DNA of 61,243 nucleotides, the filler included, from Jimgerdemannia flammicorona (taxonomy: Eukaryota), in the NCBI GenBank assembly GCA_003990765.1. It is 3 parts of 3 records of this genome, joined end to end, with 100 filler letters (N's around TTAATTAATTAA, not from the genome) between each part and the next. Parts side by side here need not be neighbours in the genome. Positions count along the whole stretch, not along the records: positions 40,899 to 61,243 come from RBNJ01001704.1; 2 more parts are not named here. One strand, written 5' to 3'. The notes below the pieces were generated by a model. The model was not told where the DNA came from. It searched no databases and saw only the letters and a program-made list of their open reading frames with translations. This document shows, piece after piece, positions 40,899-52,959 of the stretch. Position numbers and translations under genes: made by a program. Each line of letters starts with the position of its first letter. Position 1 is the stretch's first letter.

Positions 40899-42475
40899 TT
40901 TTTAAAAAAAAAAATCTTCAATCATCTAAAACAAGTTACTTCAGCTGACTGAAGAAAGAAGAATGCATACCACAGCAAACTTCAGTATATGCTGGATCAT
41001 TGCAAATATTGAGTTCCAATGTGTATAGATATCTAATATAAGCTCTTTTGGGGCTAAACTGATTGCCCTACACTGTACAGTGAATTTGTCTCATATGATT
41101 AGACTGATACAACCAGTTTGCACAGCTTGGAAATTATACTTAGGGCCCCTCCTCTCTTGGATGTTTTATCTATATATGTAAGATAGTCCTGAATAGTGAG
41201 ATTCAGTATGTGGGCCTGGCATTATACATGGCAGCTTTTTGCACCAAAGGCCATGTTTTCCTATTTAAGGCTGGCTGCTAAAACTTGGAAAAATATTGAG
41301 TTGTTTATAGCATTGTCTATTATAATGGCCAAAATCTATTTTTAAAATATTCAGTTGGCAAATTTACACTAAAATATATAGCTAATAAAATATGGTTTAT
41401 TTTAGGATCTCCTTCAAAATGCTGACCTGATGGCAAGTCCCCCTTTTTTATCTTAGTTGTGATCCCAAGCTCCTAGATACAACTAATAAAAGCATCTGCA
41501 ATATTGTCTCCAAAATGAGGGCCAGCAAGTTTGATGAAGTCAAGGGTGAGAGATTTAAGCTGCTAATCAAGATCAATCCAATAACTGGTAATGCCCAGAA
41601 ATGAAATTGTATTGGAGGATATCTATGTATCAATCGTAAATGAAATTTTATCTACCAAATTCTACTTATTGAATGTGAGGTTAAATTAGTGAGCTCTTTA
41701 TAAAAATATATATATAATTTAGCTTGCAAAGATCATAGTGCTACTCTTATTTTATCTGAAGTATCTGGTGGAGATTGTTGTGCTTCTTCTTATAGATCTC
41801 CAGGATATCTTTGTAAATAGTATTGGTACTTAATAAATATAAATCATACTTGAGGAGGCCAATGATGCTATGCAATAATTACAAACAACATCATCTCCTA
41901 TCTTAGCACAATGTTGCCAGATTTCAGAGCAAAGATTATATAGAAGGTGTAGAACTATTAGAGATGTTTGACTTAAAGCATCGTTGGTATTGTGAACTGT
42001 TGCAGACTGATCTGTCAACATATATTTGTGTGTACATGCATGTGTATTTGCATGTGTATTTACATATATATGTATTGTATATATAGATATATCTGGTATA
42101 TGAATTATGTGGAGAATTCAGATTGAATAATTTGGATTAGAGGATTTAGATTAGAGGATTCAATTGAAGGATTCAGATGAGGATTCAGATCAAAGAATTC
42201 AAATTAGAGGATTTGAATTAGAGGATTTGAATTGGAGGATTCAGATTGAGTGATTTAGATTGAGTGATTTAGATTGAGTGATTCAGATTGAGTGATTCAG
42301 ATGAGGTGGTTTGGATAGGGTAATTTGGATGGGTGATTCAGATGGGGTGATTCAGATGAGGTGATTCAGATTAATCTGAGTTGATTTGGATGGCTTCAGA
42401 TTTGAGATTTGGATCAAACTATTATATAATGAATCAAATCCAGATTTGCTTTGAATTGACTTATTCAGAGTACTA
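40899..42475 (-). mobile_element. Second hAT transposon (5' half), with transposase remnant
   Basis: Terminus ATTGACTTATTCAGAGTACTA (42455-42475) is the deaminated MITE TIR; 14-bp subterminal repeats at 42115-42410. Minus-strand SEIWQHCAKIGDDVVCNYC (BED), FLGITSYWID, IIDNA, CQAHILNL, THWNS. Confidence 0.88.
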
Positions 42476-42705
42476 ACCAAAATAGACATACTCCAGATAC
42501 AGCTAAAGGTACCAGAATCTGTGAAAAAGTGGAGAAGACACTGATCTGACACTGATAAAAGAGCAACTCATCACCATTGACCTCCTTCCACCATGCCCCT
42601 ACAGGTACAGCAAACCAACCCAAGGTAGAGGGGGTAAAAATAGAGGAAAGGGGACTTGAAAGGTCACCTACCAAACCTTGTGACTGGTAAGGTAGTGGAG
42701 AAAGA
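42476..42705 (-). mobile_element. Retroposon copy 4 (5' end, left behind after the hAT insertion)
   Basis: Matches 23221-23356 joined to 24000-24095. Confidence 0.85.
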
Positions 42706-42839
42706 AGCTGGTGATATTTATCATTATTAAAATTGCCAGTTGCATGGTGCACAATATATATTTTATTATGATATATTATTTTACGTCACCATTGAAAGCC
42801 ACAATTGTAAACGTCAACGTTTTTTTTTTTTTTGTCTAC

Positions 42840-45120
42840 ACAGGCCAGTCACGTGCAGAAATCATAAATCAATCATTTCGAGATTCTCGTTTCGCCTAAG
42901 CTCTTTCGCTGCTGCCCTGTGTCGACAAATCTCGAATCTCTTTCCCAGCCGACAAGTCGTGAGCATTCGGTGGCCGGCGAGTCCGCGATAGGACACCAGA
43001 ACCGTCGCCTTCGCTGGCCTGTGTCCATCAAATTTCCGCTGACAAGATGTCGGCGGACCGCTGACAAGTCATTAGGTCTTTAGGCCGATAAGTCCGGAGG
43101 GACGCCAGCAAGTCGACATCACTAGCCAGTGTCTACCTCTTTCCGCTGACAAATCTTCGGGGCTGACAAGTGTATACCTCGCATGTGATGACACTCGTTA
43201 ACCGTACTGGTTTTCCAGGTATTGCGTGGAGGTAAGATCACGTTCAACACGTGGTGCGGCAAGTTGTGTGGCTGGCTAGGGATCTGGTGTGATTGAGGTT
43301 GCCGGCAAATCTCAACCTATTTCAGCACAAAAGGCACTGGACCAGCGACTGCCGCTTTTATCGTAGACAAGTCGTGAGCTCACCCAGGGCGTCGTGAGCT
43401 CATTTGGGCCGACATTTGAGGCCGATTTGTCTTGCAATTTTCGGGGACAAGTTGTGAGGGCGATTTGTCTCGCAAGTCGGTATGCCTGGACAGTGATGAT
43501 TGTGCTTGTTTGATGGTTGAGAGTGTCTAGTATTGATTTTCCTTTATCCTATCGGTATGTTATCCGTTTTGTGTTTTTATATGTCTCTTGATATCATTTC
43601 CTTTACTGAATTCTTTTTTTATTTTTTTTTGAAAATATTTGTGTGGCATTTTGTATCATCGCAGGGATCCGAAGGGATTTTGGAAAGTCGATATCGTTTG
43701 GAGGTACGTATTTTACCTATTCGCATTATCTAGCTTGTTGTCTTATTCATTTATCATTTCTTTGAAAACAACACACTAACACCTTGTCTGCCTCTTTTAG
43801 CCATACGGATGTAGGTTTTGAAGGAGTCTAGTACGCAATCATAGGGCGGAAGCACACCTTCTTACGGACACGCTCCAAGGTACTGGATTCATTGGCCCTT
43901 GGCAACGGACGGTTGCCTCCTCAGTTGGGTTGGGTTCCCAGAACGTGTTTGGTTGATTGCCATTGCTGTTCAAGGTGACGAGAGGTTCATCCGCTGAATT
44001 CCTAGGACCCTTGGGCATGCAGTGACAGGAAACTCTCTCCGGGCACACTTGGCGTGGTTCCATCAATCGTAAACATAAGTATTAGCAACTGTTATTATTA
44101 TTATTTATTTATGCTCTTGTTTTAGTTTTGTTCTAATTTTGTTTATAATGGTACTGATTATCCACGGCCTTCTCCGTCGAGGGGCGGGGATTGGCCGTTC
44201 TTGGTTGCTCTCGTGTTGTAGGTAATTACAACGTGACAAACCAACTGATGAGTCCCTTGAGCAAGGACGAAAACGGTTCCAGATAATACACTTCTGCATC
44301 GAATAAGTCCTTTAGCAGGTATGTTTTCTGCATTCTCGTTCGTCGGGGGTGGAGGGAGGGGGGGGAGGGGGTGTTACAGAAAAAAACCGGAATTATTTTC
44401 TTTTAGTTTTTCTCTCTTCATCTGTGAACGTTTTCATTCTGTTTTCCATCCATCCATCCATCTGCCATGCCGCTCATGCAAAACCTATTCAACCAATTAA
44501 CGAACTGGAAGAAACTTCAAGCCGCCGTTTCGTTCTAGTCCATGTAAATAAATAAATAAATTATTCGTCAACCGAAGACAATGAGCTTCAGGGCGACGCT
44601 TGGTATGTAAGTGATTGGGAGGGAAATAGTGGAATGAAAAAACTCCTTGGCAAAGAGGAGCGACAATTACATTATAGGTCATCAATTGTACAGTGTGAAA
44701 ATTGATTTTCCATAATTATATTGGTGATGTCTAGATGGACAGTGCCCTTGTCTTGGCCCTCGAAATGGCATGGTTCTGATTGCTGAATCTGCCTTCGCCC
44801 CACCGCCAGCGTGTTCAAATTAGGATTACACATTCCGTATATACGCCATTGGCCACAAATGTGACGGCGGTGGCATTCTTGATCAAGGATAGGACGACTA
44901 GGATAGTTCCACACGTCGGTTAGGGCGATATGGATGTTTGAATTTCGATTCACAAGCTAACTGGATTGATCGCAGTGTCGAGGCACAAATAAAGCCGAGC
45001 GAAATATCTTCCACGATCGGAGGTCAAAGAATGACTGTCAACTCCTTCGCGCAGGGCATTGCCGTGAACGTAGAATCCGATTTTGCGCTCGTGATAAGGT
45101 TTAAATAAAGTGCACCACAT
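42840..45120 (+). other. CpG-rich non-repeat island with plus-strand introns but no coherent ORF
   Basis: GTATGT...CAG (~43555-43664) and GTACGT...CTAAC...TAG (~43704-43800). The exon after 43800 has stops in all three frames. Confidence 0.45.
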
Positions 45121-45293
45121 CTATAGTCATATGTTCATTTATTACTAAAAAATAAATGTAATAATACATAATAAAATTCTACAGGCTGATGGAAAACTCT
45201 CTTAAGTTTATTTCTATAGAGAGTTTCTTTTATATTTATAATAGTTGTGAAAATTCGCCAATTTTGTGGCTTAGAATATATCACATGACTATG

Positions 45294-45798
45294 TGTAGAG
45301 GCACGTGGCCAAAAATAGGACGCGTCCAAATCAGGCAAGAATCCTGGATTCTGAAAGAAGTCCTGTTCCATTTCCATTTCTATCAGTAAAGCGCTCTAAT
45401 TACTCAGTGGAGTGTTCCAGACACTTCTTGGGGTTCGTAGAAGCATATGGAGAAAGATTACTCAGTATTTCTAGCAGTTTCAAGGATAGGAGGGCTTCCA
45501 TGTATAAATAGCATAGGCTCAAGCATGCAATAAAGGACAGAGTTAGTTCAGTAAGAGAATTGGAATTTATTGAGAATTGGTAACTAGAAGCGCATATCCT
45601 GAGGATTCGTAGATCTAAGGATTTGGTGTACAAGCAGTCGTTTTTCAAGCCTTCCAAGAGGTTCTTCCAATACTTTACTTAGCGAATTCCCTAGCAAATG
45701 CATCACGATTACCACACACCCTTTCAATCTACAACCAGTCCAATTACTGCCCCTTTGACAGTCAAGTGATTTCAGGTGGAAATTTGCTAAATTTCACA
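45294..45798 (+). repeat. 5' LTR (505 bp)
   Basis: Colinear with 52090-52594; contains TATAAATA and AATAAA. Confidence 0.97.
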
Positions 45799-45865
45799 TT
45801 GGTGGAGACATCAAGGAATAATTCTCAAAATCAAGCATTCAAGTGAAACCCACAACTACATCAAG

Positions 45866-48800
45866 ATGTCGCCAGCACAGGAGGCTCCGCTACACTATGC
45901 TGGTGCATACCACAAAAATGTCATCACTTTCTTTGAAGATCTAGAAACCTATATAGTCAACTATCGTATCTGTGCCAATGATGAAAAGGTGGACATGCTC
46001 AAAGCCCACCTACACAACGAAGCCCTGACAGTTGCCAATACTGCAGTTCCATCAGGAAACCCCTTTGTTGTCTTCGCCGGACCTATGTATGACACAATTA
46101 AGGCCTGCATTATCGGCCACTTCACCAAGAATCAAGGGCTCACAGCACTTAACATCGGCCTTGACAACATCGTGATCGGCCCGGGGGAGAGCCCTGTTAC
46201 TTTCTGGACCCATGTGCAGAAGAACTGCAACCTATACAGCATTGATATAAGGGAGCTGAGAGAGCAGACATTCTACCAAGGAGCCATGAAGATCTACAGT
46301 AGTGAGATATGTCAAAATTATCGGAAGGGGTTCAATGAAGTACTCCTTGCCACTCAGAACATATGGGAAGACTATGCGGGACAAATAGGAATGTCCAGGC
46401 CAGCAGTATACACCCCGAGAATCCCTCCATTTGTCTTGGACTCTTTGCTGGCCACCGGTATGCCAACCAATCCTCTGGTGGCTCACTTGATGGAGTTCCG
46501 GGCTGCGACGGCAACAGTGGCAAGCACCTACATAGCTCAGCCGGCAGCCTCCCCTATGTCTACGACCAGCGACGAGCTAACGGAGTTGATCAAAAAGGCT
46601 GTTAGTCTGGTGGTGAACAATAAAATACAGCAAAATCAATGACAAATTACAACAGTTCGAGAAACGCACCTCGAGCAGTCCCCGGAAGTGCTACGACTGT
46701 GGAGAGGTCGGCCACGTGGCAAGATATTGCCCGAACCGCAAGCAAGAGGATGGATCGGGACCAGCAACAGACAGTAATCGTATATCAGTCCAAGTGGTGC
46801 CCACCAGCTGTACCCCTTCCACCAATCATGTGGGCATAAGCGAGCAGTCAGAAGGTTCAGCAGAAGCTTACCCAGTTGTAAAGGATGTCCATTTTAACCT
46901 GATAGCTGGAAGGACACAGGGAAAATAGGTGGCAACTAGAACCGGTGGGGCCAGCAGAGCCAGCAGGGCCGTTCAGAGTGGAACAGCACCAGATGATGAG
47001 GTAATGGCAGATGTAGAAGAAGGAAACAAGGAGCCAGCTGGTGAGCAAGTGGTGGAAATTCCCATCCTCCCAGTACCGAAGAAGAAAGCAAAGCAAGCTC
47101 AGAAGAAGTTTGGGATGATCAACATGATGAACGATGGGGAACCTTACTCGATTGCAGCATCCCTGACCAACACACCTGCTGGTATAACCTACAGATAACT
47201 CCTAGCCATCTCCCTGATTGGCCGGAAGGAGTTCAGGCAAGGGCTGTGGCGCGGTGTCATCGCGGTGGAACCAGCAGAAGAACCCATGGTCGAACTGGTC
47301 ATCCAGGAACCCACCGTCCAAGACCCTGCCAAGGGACCAGCAGGAGCAGCTGTAATGGCCTCCACTGTTATCATGAAATCCACCACAGTCCTGTATGGAG
47401 AGGTAGAAGTAGGCAGCAGGAGGTATGAGGTCATCTTTGACACCAGCGCCTCGGAGAATTGCATCCCGGAACATGTGGCCAAAACTACGAGAAGGGCGAT
47501 CAAGTCTACTAACCTTGTTGTAAGCACAACAAACAGAACCCTATGCCTGCGCGGAATGATAGAAGGACTCAGGTACCAAGGAATACTTACTCGACGCTAT
47601 TGTCTTCCTGGACACCTCGTTAGCAACCATCTTAATCGGCATGGCTTGGTTGCAGCTGCAAGGTGCCCACATCCGCTTGGACACTATACAATTAGTCCTA
47701 AGGGATGGCAATAGCATTCCAGTACAGACCGGAGCCTGATTAATGCAGGCCGAAGGCATCAATGAGGATGATAGCGGAACGGACAACACCTTGGATGAAG
47801 AAAACAACAAAAAAGGTGACGAGCAGGTGCATGCCATGACAATGAACCTAATAGGTCCTGACCTGGATAAGGAATAACTGCATGACCTCACGCTTGTACT
47901 AGGTGATGCCCCATTCGCTGACAGGGTAGAAGATTTCGGGTATTGTAACCTTGTCCAACATCGCATATACACAGGCAACACGGTCCCGATTAGACAAAAG
48001 GCATATAGGCTTAGCCCGCGGAAGAAAGCCTTTATACAAGAAGAATTGGAAAAATTAACAATGCTTGGAGTAATACAATTATCGGAGAGTCCCTGGGCCT
48101 CTCCTGTTGTCATTCCGGACAAGAAGGATGGAAACTTATGACTTTGCGGCGATTTCCAGAAGCTCAATCTGGCAATGGTCAAGGATGCATATCCCTTGCC
48201 TAGAATCAACAAGCTCTTGGACACACTAAGTAGAGGCACGTGGTTCTCCACCTTGGACCTGAAGAGCGGGTTCTGGCAGATCGAACTGGCTCTGGAGGAT
48301 AGGTCAAAAATGGCATTCATCATGGTGTTTGGACTATACGAATACCAGCATATGCTGATGAGTCTCATGAACTCCCCGGCAATATTCCAGCGCCTTATGG
48401 ACCTGATCCTATGACCATACATCAGCAAGTTCGTACTGGTCTACGTAGATGATGTCATCATATATTCAGCAACCTATAATGAGCATATGGAGTATTTAGC
48501 TGTCGTAATGGAAGCCTTTCAGCATGCCAACCTTACACTCAACTGTAAGAAGTATTTCTTTGCTCAAAAGCGGGTTGCTTACTTGGGACATATCATCAAC
48601 GGTGCTGGAATACATGTGGATCCCACCAAAATGCATAAAATTAGCACGTTTCCCATTCCAAAGAACCTCGAGGACGTACGCCGGTTCCTAGGAATCATGG
48701 GGTATTATCGCCATTTTGTGCCTGGCTTTGCAGCGGTGGCACAGCCCCTTACGAAGTTGACATCCAAGACACATGCCTTCAAGTGGTTGGAGGATGTGCA

Positions 48801-50500
48801 GCAAGCATTCGAGGAATTGCGGGATCACCTGATTCAGGCACCCATCCTGGCATATCCATGCGACGGGGCCCTCTCTATCTTGCAAATGGATGCCTCAGAC
48901 TACGCGATTGGCTGTGTGCTCACACAGATAGGGGTCGACGGTCTTGAACACCCTGTCGCTTATGCAAGCAGAACTCTAAATGGCGCTGAGCAGAAGTATA
49001 CAATAACGGAAAAGGAAGGATTAGTGGTTGTTTGGGGTATAGACCAGTTTCATTACTATTTGGACACCGGTCAGCCTTTTGTCATACAGACCGACCATGC
49101 AGTGCTCAAATCTATCCTCACTACCAAAGAACCCAAGGGACATATAGCTCGATGGATAGTCAAGCTGATGGCTTACCAGTACACTGTTGAGCTTCACCCA
49201 GGTCGAGTTCACTCGAATGCCAATGCATTGTCCTGGCTGATAGAACCCGAGCAAGAAGAACCAGTGGAAGTCTATGTGGCAAAGAAAAGAGTGGAACATG
49301 TAAGCACAAAGTGGACCCCAGAAATATACAATGAGACCCTCGCCAAAATTACCGATTCCCCATCCAGCCCACTTCTTGCTGCCCCAATTCTGAGGAAAAT
49401 AAGAGAAATAGTCCAGAAGCTCGAGCTCAACCAGCAGACCCTTCCCTTCGCTACATCAAAAATAAGCACATCTTACCTCATCCCAACCAGGTATCTCCCC
49501 TGATAGACCGATTCCACGGGATGGTATATTTCAGGCTCAAGAACACCTTGTGGGCAGTGCAATGTGAATACTGGTGGCCAGGAATGTTTCAGGATGTACA
49601 ACAATATGTAGCCTCCTGTGAAGCTTGCCAGGCATGCGTCAGCCCAAAAAGGCATGAGAACTTGATGCCTATCGAAGTGATGGGCCCCTTTGACAGGGTC
49701 AGAGTGGACTTTGTTGGACCGTTGCCACAAACAGACTGTATGAACGCATATATTATTGTTGGCATAGACTACCTTACGAAGTGGGTAGAGGCACATGCTA
49801 CCGTCAATGCCACCACCACCACCACTGCTAGGTTTATATATGAGGACATAGTTTGCTGACACAGTTGCCCTATAATCTTGCAGAGTGACTGGGGGAGCCA
49901 TTTTGTGGGGAATGTTGTCAGCGAGCTGACTGCTCATTTCGGAATTACCCACAAGTTCACGATGCCATATCACCTCCAGTCTAACGGCCTTGTGGAGAGA
50001 TTCAACCAAACCCTAAAAGGAGTGCTAAAAAGGCTAGTGTTAGAACACGACAATGACTGGGATCTACATCTCTCCATTATTCTTTTTGCATACCGAACCA
50101 TGACCCAGGCAACCACTTGTCATTCCCCATTCGCACTTACCTATGGGCGGGAGGCACAGCACCCCTTTGGACCCACCATCAGTCTGGTTGACAAGCCCTC
50201 GGAGGATACCTTAGCAGAGGCTATCCTTAGGCAAGCCGAGGAGGTTGCCCATCTCGACGAGAAGGCTCGTAAGTAGGCCCTTGAGTGAATCAGGAATGAG
50301 CAAGTGAAACAGAAGGCTTGGTATGATGCTCAGAGAGTTTGGGGCCTCATTCCGCCATTGGCGGAAGGAGATCTAGTGATGCTGTATAAAGAAACTGCGG
50401 GGGCATGGGAATCTTAGTGGGCAGGGCCATATACAGTCAAGATTGTCTACAGAAATGGCACTTATTCACTGACGGGGCCTGGCGGAGTGGACCTAGAGGC
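45866..50500 (+). pseudogene. gag-pol polyprotein (gag, CCHC knuckle, protease, RT, RNase H, integrase)
   Basis: CYDCGEVGHVARYC, VIFDTSASENCI, DAYPLPRI, LDLKSGFWQI, YVDD, MDASDYAIG, VDFVGPLP, QSDWGSHF, SNGLVERFNQTL. Several stops and frameshifts. Confidence 0.95.
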
Positions 50501-50912
50501 TCCCCAATATGGAAACAGGTTCCAGGCATATATTCCGAGGGTGTAGGGGCTGAATGAGGGCTGATGCAAGAGGATGCGGGCAGAATGGAGTGTGGGAAAG
50601 AGCTTAAAGATAGGTGGCTGAGTGGCGGGAGACAAAAATTAGGTACTGGCGGGACTGGCAAAAGCTGTTATTGGAGGGAATCGGCATAGATTACCACCGG
50701 AGGAATATTTGCGGATGTATAGCAGTCCAAGGAGTGGGCTGAAATAGATGACAACAAGGTAGCAGCATAGAGCAGACTGAAACCTATCGAATGAGCTTTT
50801 CAGAAGAAAAATCAGGTGTCAATTGGGCCAGATAACCCCAGATAAAGAACAGACCCTTGGTAGCCCACCAGAATGCGCAGACATTTCATTATTCCTCTTT
50901 TAGTTAAACTAG

Positions 50913-50920
50913 TATAAATA
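50913..50920 (+). promoter_or_regulatory. Putative internal TATA box for the cyclin-like ORF
   Basis: TATAAATA followed by a CT-rich tract, 80 bp before ATG 51000. Confidence 0.5.
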
Positions 50921-50999
50921 TGCATCGAATACGTGACAAATCCTCTTTATCCTTATCAATCCTGTCTCTCTTCTTTCTCTTTTCCTTCATTATATCATC

Positions 51000-52058
51000 A
51001 TGACTAACTCTTCGGTACAAGCCCCCCTTTCCTGCTCCTCTTCAACTATCGTACCATCAACTCCACCCTTTTACCATGCTATCCTGAACCAGGGCACCAC
51101 AGCCCCAGCATCTCCCTCGACACCGCGCTCGGCTTTCACCACCCTGGAACCTGATAATGGTGGCTCCTCGACGGATCACTCGAGCCACAACGGGTTCTCT
51201 CCCTCTGACCTTTATGAAGAAGGAGAAGCATAATGACCCCTTTGGATAGAACCCTGTACTCCGCCCCTCAAGGAAAACTGTTACGAGCGATTCTGGTCGA
51301 CTCCTGGCCACCTAGATGGCATCGTCGATTGGCAAGAAAGATATCTGCATTGGCAAGAGCATGGAAAAAAACTGGAAAGTGAGGCAAAGGGCGTCCAAGT
51401 CAATATTAGAATAATGCTGATGCGTAACCCATATGCTTGGCACCAATGGAAGGAAATGTTTTTATGGTTGCTAGTTCTAGCATCCACGTATGGCGCAGAT
51501 CAGCAAATATCGATGTCCTTCGTAGCGTTGAATATCCTAGACCAATTCATGACGAGGGGTCCGTTGGAAGAAGACTGTTATCAAATCGCCAGTGTAGTGT
51601 GCTTTGGACTGGCATATAGGGCAATGACCCCTTATCTAGATTGTCATTGGTCCTCGGAACAAGCAAAAAGACTGCACGATGAATGATACGAGGAGAGAGA
51701 AAATGAGGAGGTCTTTTGTCAACTGGAGCATGAGATCCTATAACTGTTAGAATGGCGTTTGGCACCCAAGGCCTCCGCAGAAAGCGTCCTTCAGTTCCTG
51801 GGGAATGAGCAAGGAATATGACCAGAAGAAAGGCTATATGCCAGAGGACGAAACGAATTGGCAATCTTTGACCAGGACTTGGCCAAATTCGATGCATGGA
51901 CCCTGGTGTCATCCAGTCTATACATTGCCAGAAAAGGGAATGCAGGGCCTCTGACCCCGGACGACCCTCGTTTTCCATGTCTTTACTGTTTCTCACAATG
52001 CTTATGTTCCTCGGCGCCCCCCATGGTCCACCGGCATTATCTGCAGTTGTTCTTGTAA
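51000..52058 (+). pseudogene. Cyclin-like protein (Cyclin_N + Cyclin_C), ~352 aa, five C-to-T-type internal stops
   Basis: One frame throughout: WKEMFLWLL...FVALNILDQFM...YQIASVVCFGLAYR...LEHEIL*LLEWRLAP...ELAIFDQDLAKFDAWTLVSSSLYIARK. Confidence 0.82.
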
Positions 52059-52089
52059 GGAAGGATGCATCCAAAGAAGGGAAGATGGA

Positions 52090-52594
52090 TGTAGAGGCAC
52101 GTGGCCAAAAATAGGATGTGTCCAAATCAGGCAAGAATCCTGGATTCTGAAAGAAGTCCTGTTCCATTTCTATTTCTATCAGTAAAGTGCTCTAATTACT
52201 CAGCGGAGCGTTCCAGACACTTCTTGGGGTTCGTAGAAGCATATGGAGAAAGATTACTCAGTATTTCTAGCAGTTTCGAGGATAGGAGGGCTTCCATGTA
52301 TAAATAGCATAGGCTCAAGTATGCAATAAAGGACAGAGTTAGTTCAGTAAGAGAATTGGAATTTATTGAGAATTGGCAACTAGAAGCACATATCCTGAGG
52401 ATTCGTAGATCTAAGGATTTGGTGTGCAAGTGGTCGTTATTCAAGCCTTCCGAGAGATTCTTCTGACACTTTACTTAGTGAATTCCCTAGCAAACATGTT
52501 GCGATTACCACACACCCTTTCGATCTACAATCAGTCCAATTACCGCCCCTTTGACAGTCAAGTGATTTCAGGTGGAAATTTGCCGAATTTCACA
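52090..52594 (+). repeat. 3' LTR (505 bp)
   Basis: Follows the PPT; followed by TSD CTATG at 52595-52599. Confidence 0.97.
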
Positions 52595-52959
52595 CTATGT
52601 TAGTTTCAATTTCCATGTCTATACTCAATGATTTTAACCCTTTCTTTCGGCTTTTATTACTCCATAATAAGAGCTCAATATCTAAATATATTAATATATA
52701 CTAAAAGAGTATTATCTTTACTTCAACTCTATCAAGAGATTTTTTTAAATTCATTATATTTATATAAGTAATAATATTTTGAAATATATATAGTATAGTT
52801 ATATTACTATAAAGTAAAAATAAATTTAAATTAGATTTTATTTAAAATAAATAAATAAAATTTAATAAAAATTATATTATATACTCTGATGAAATTCATT
52901 AGTAAAACAAAAAAAAAATAAAAAACAAAAAACAAATTATTAAATATATTTTATTAATA

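Larger units (their letters stand above)
45294..52594 (+). mobile_element. Full-length Ty3/Gypsy LTR retrotransposon with extra cyclin-like ORF
   Basis: LTRs 45294-45798 and 52090-52594 (TG...CA), TSD CTATG, PBS TGGTGGAGAC (tRNA-Ala-like), PPT AAGAAGGGAAGATGGA, gag-PR-RT-RH-INT. Confidence 0.97.

Noticed and set aside
43183..43500. GTGATGA box-C-like motifs suggesting snoRNAs
   Set aside because: No convincing box D, terminal stem or guide sequence seen.
51547..52167. 206-aa minus-strand ORF
   Set aside because: Antisense to the cyclin-like frame and starts in the LTR; no motifs.
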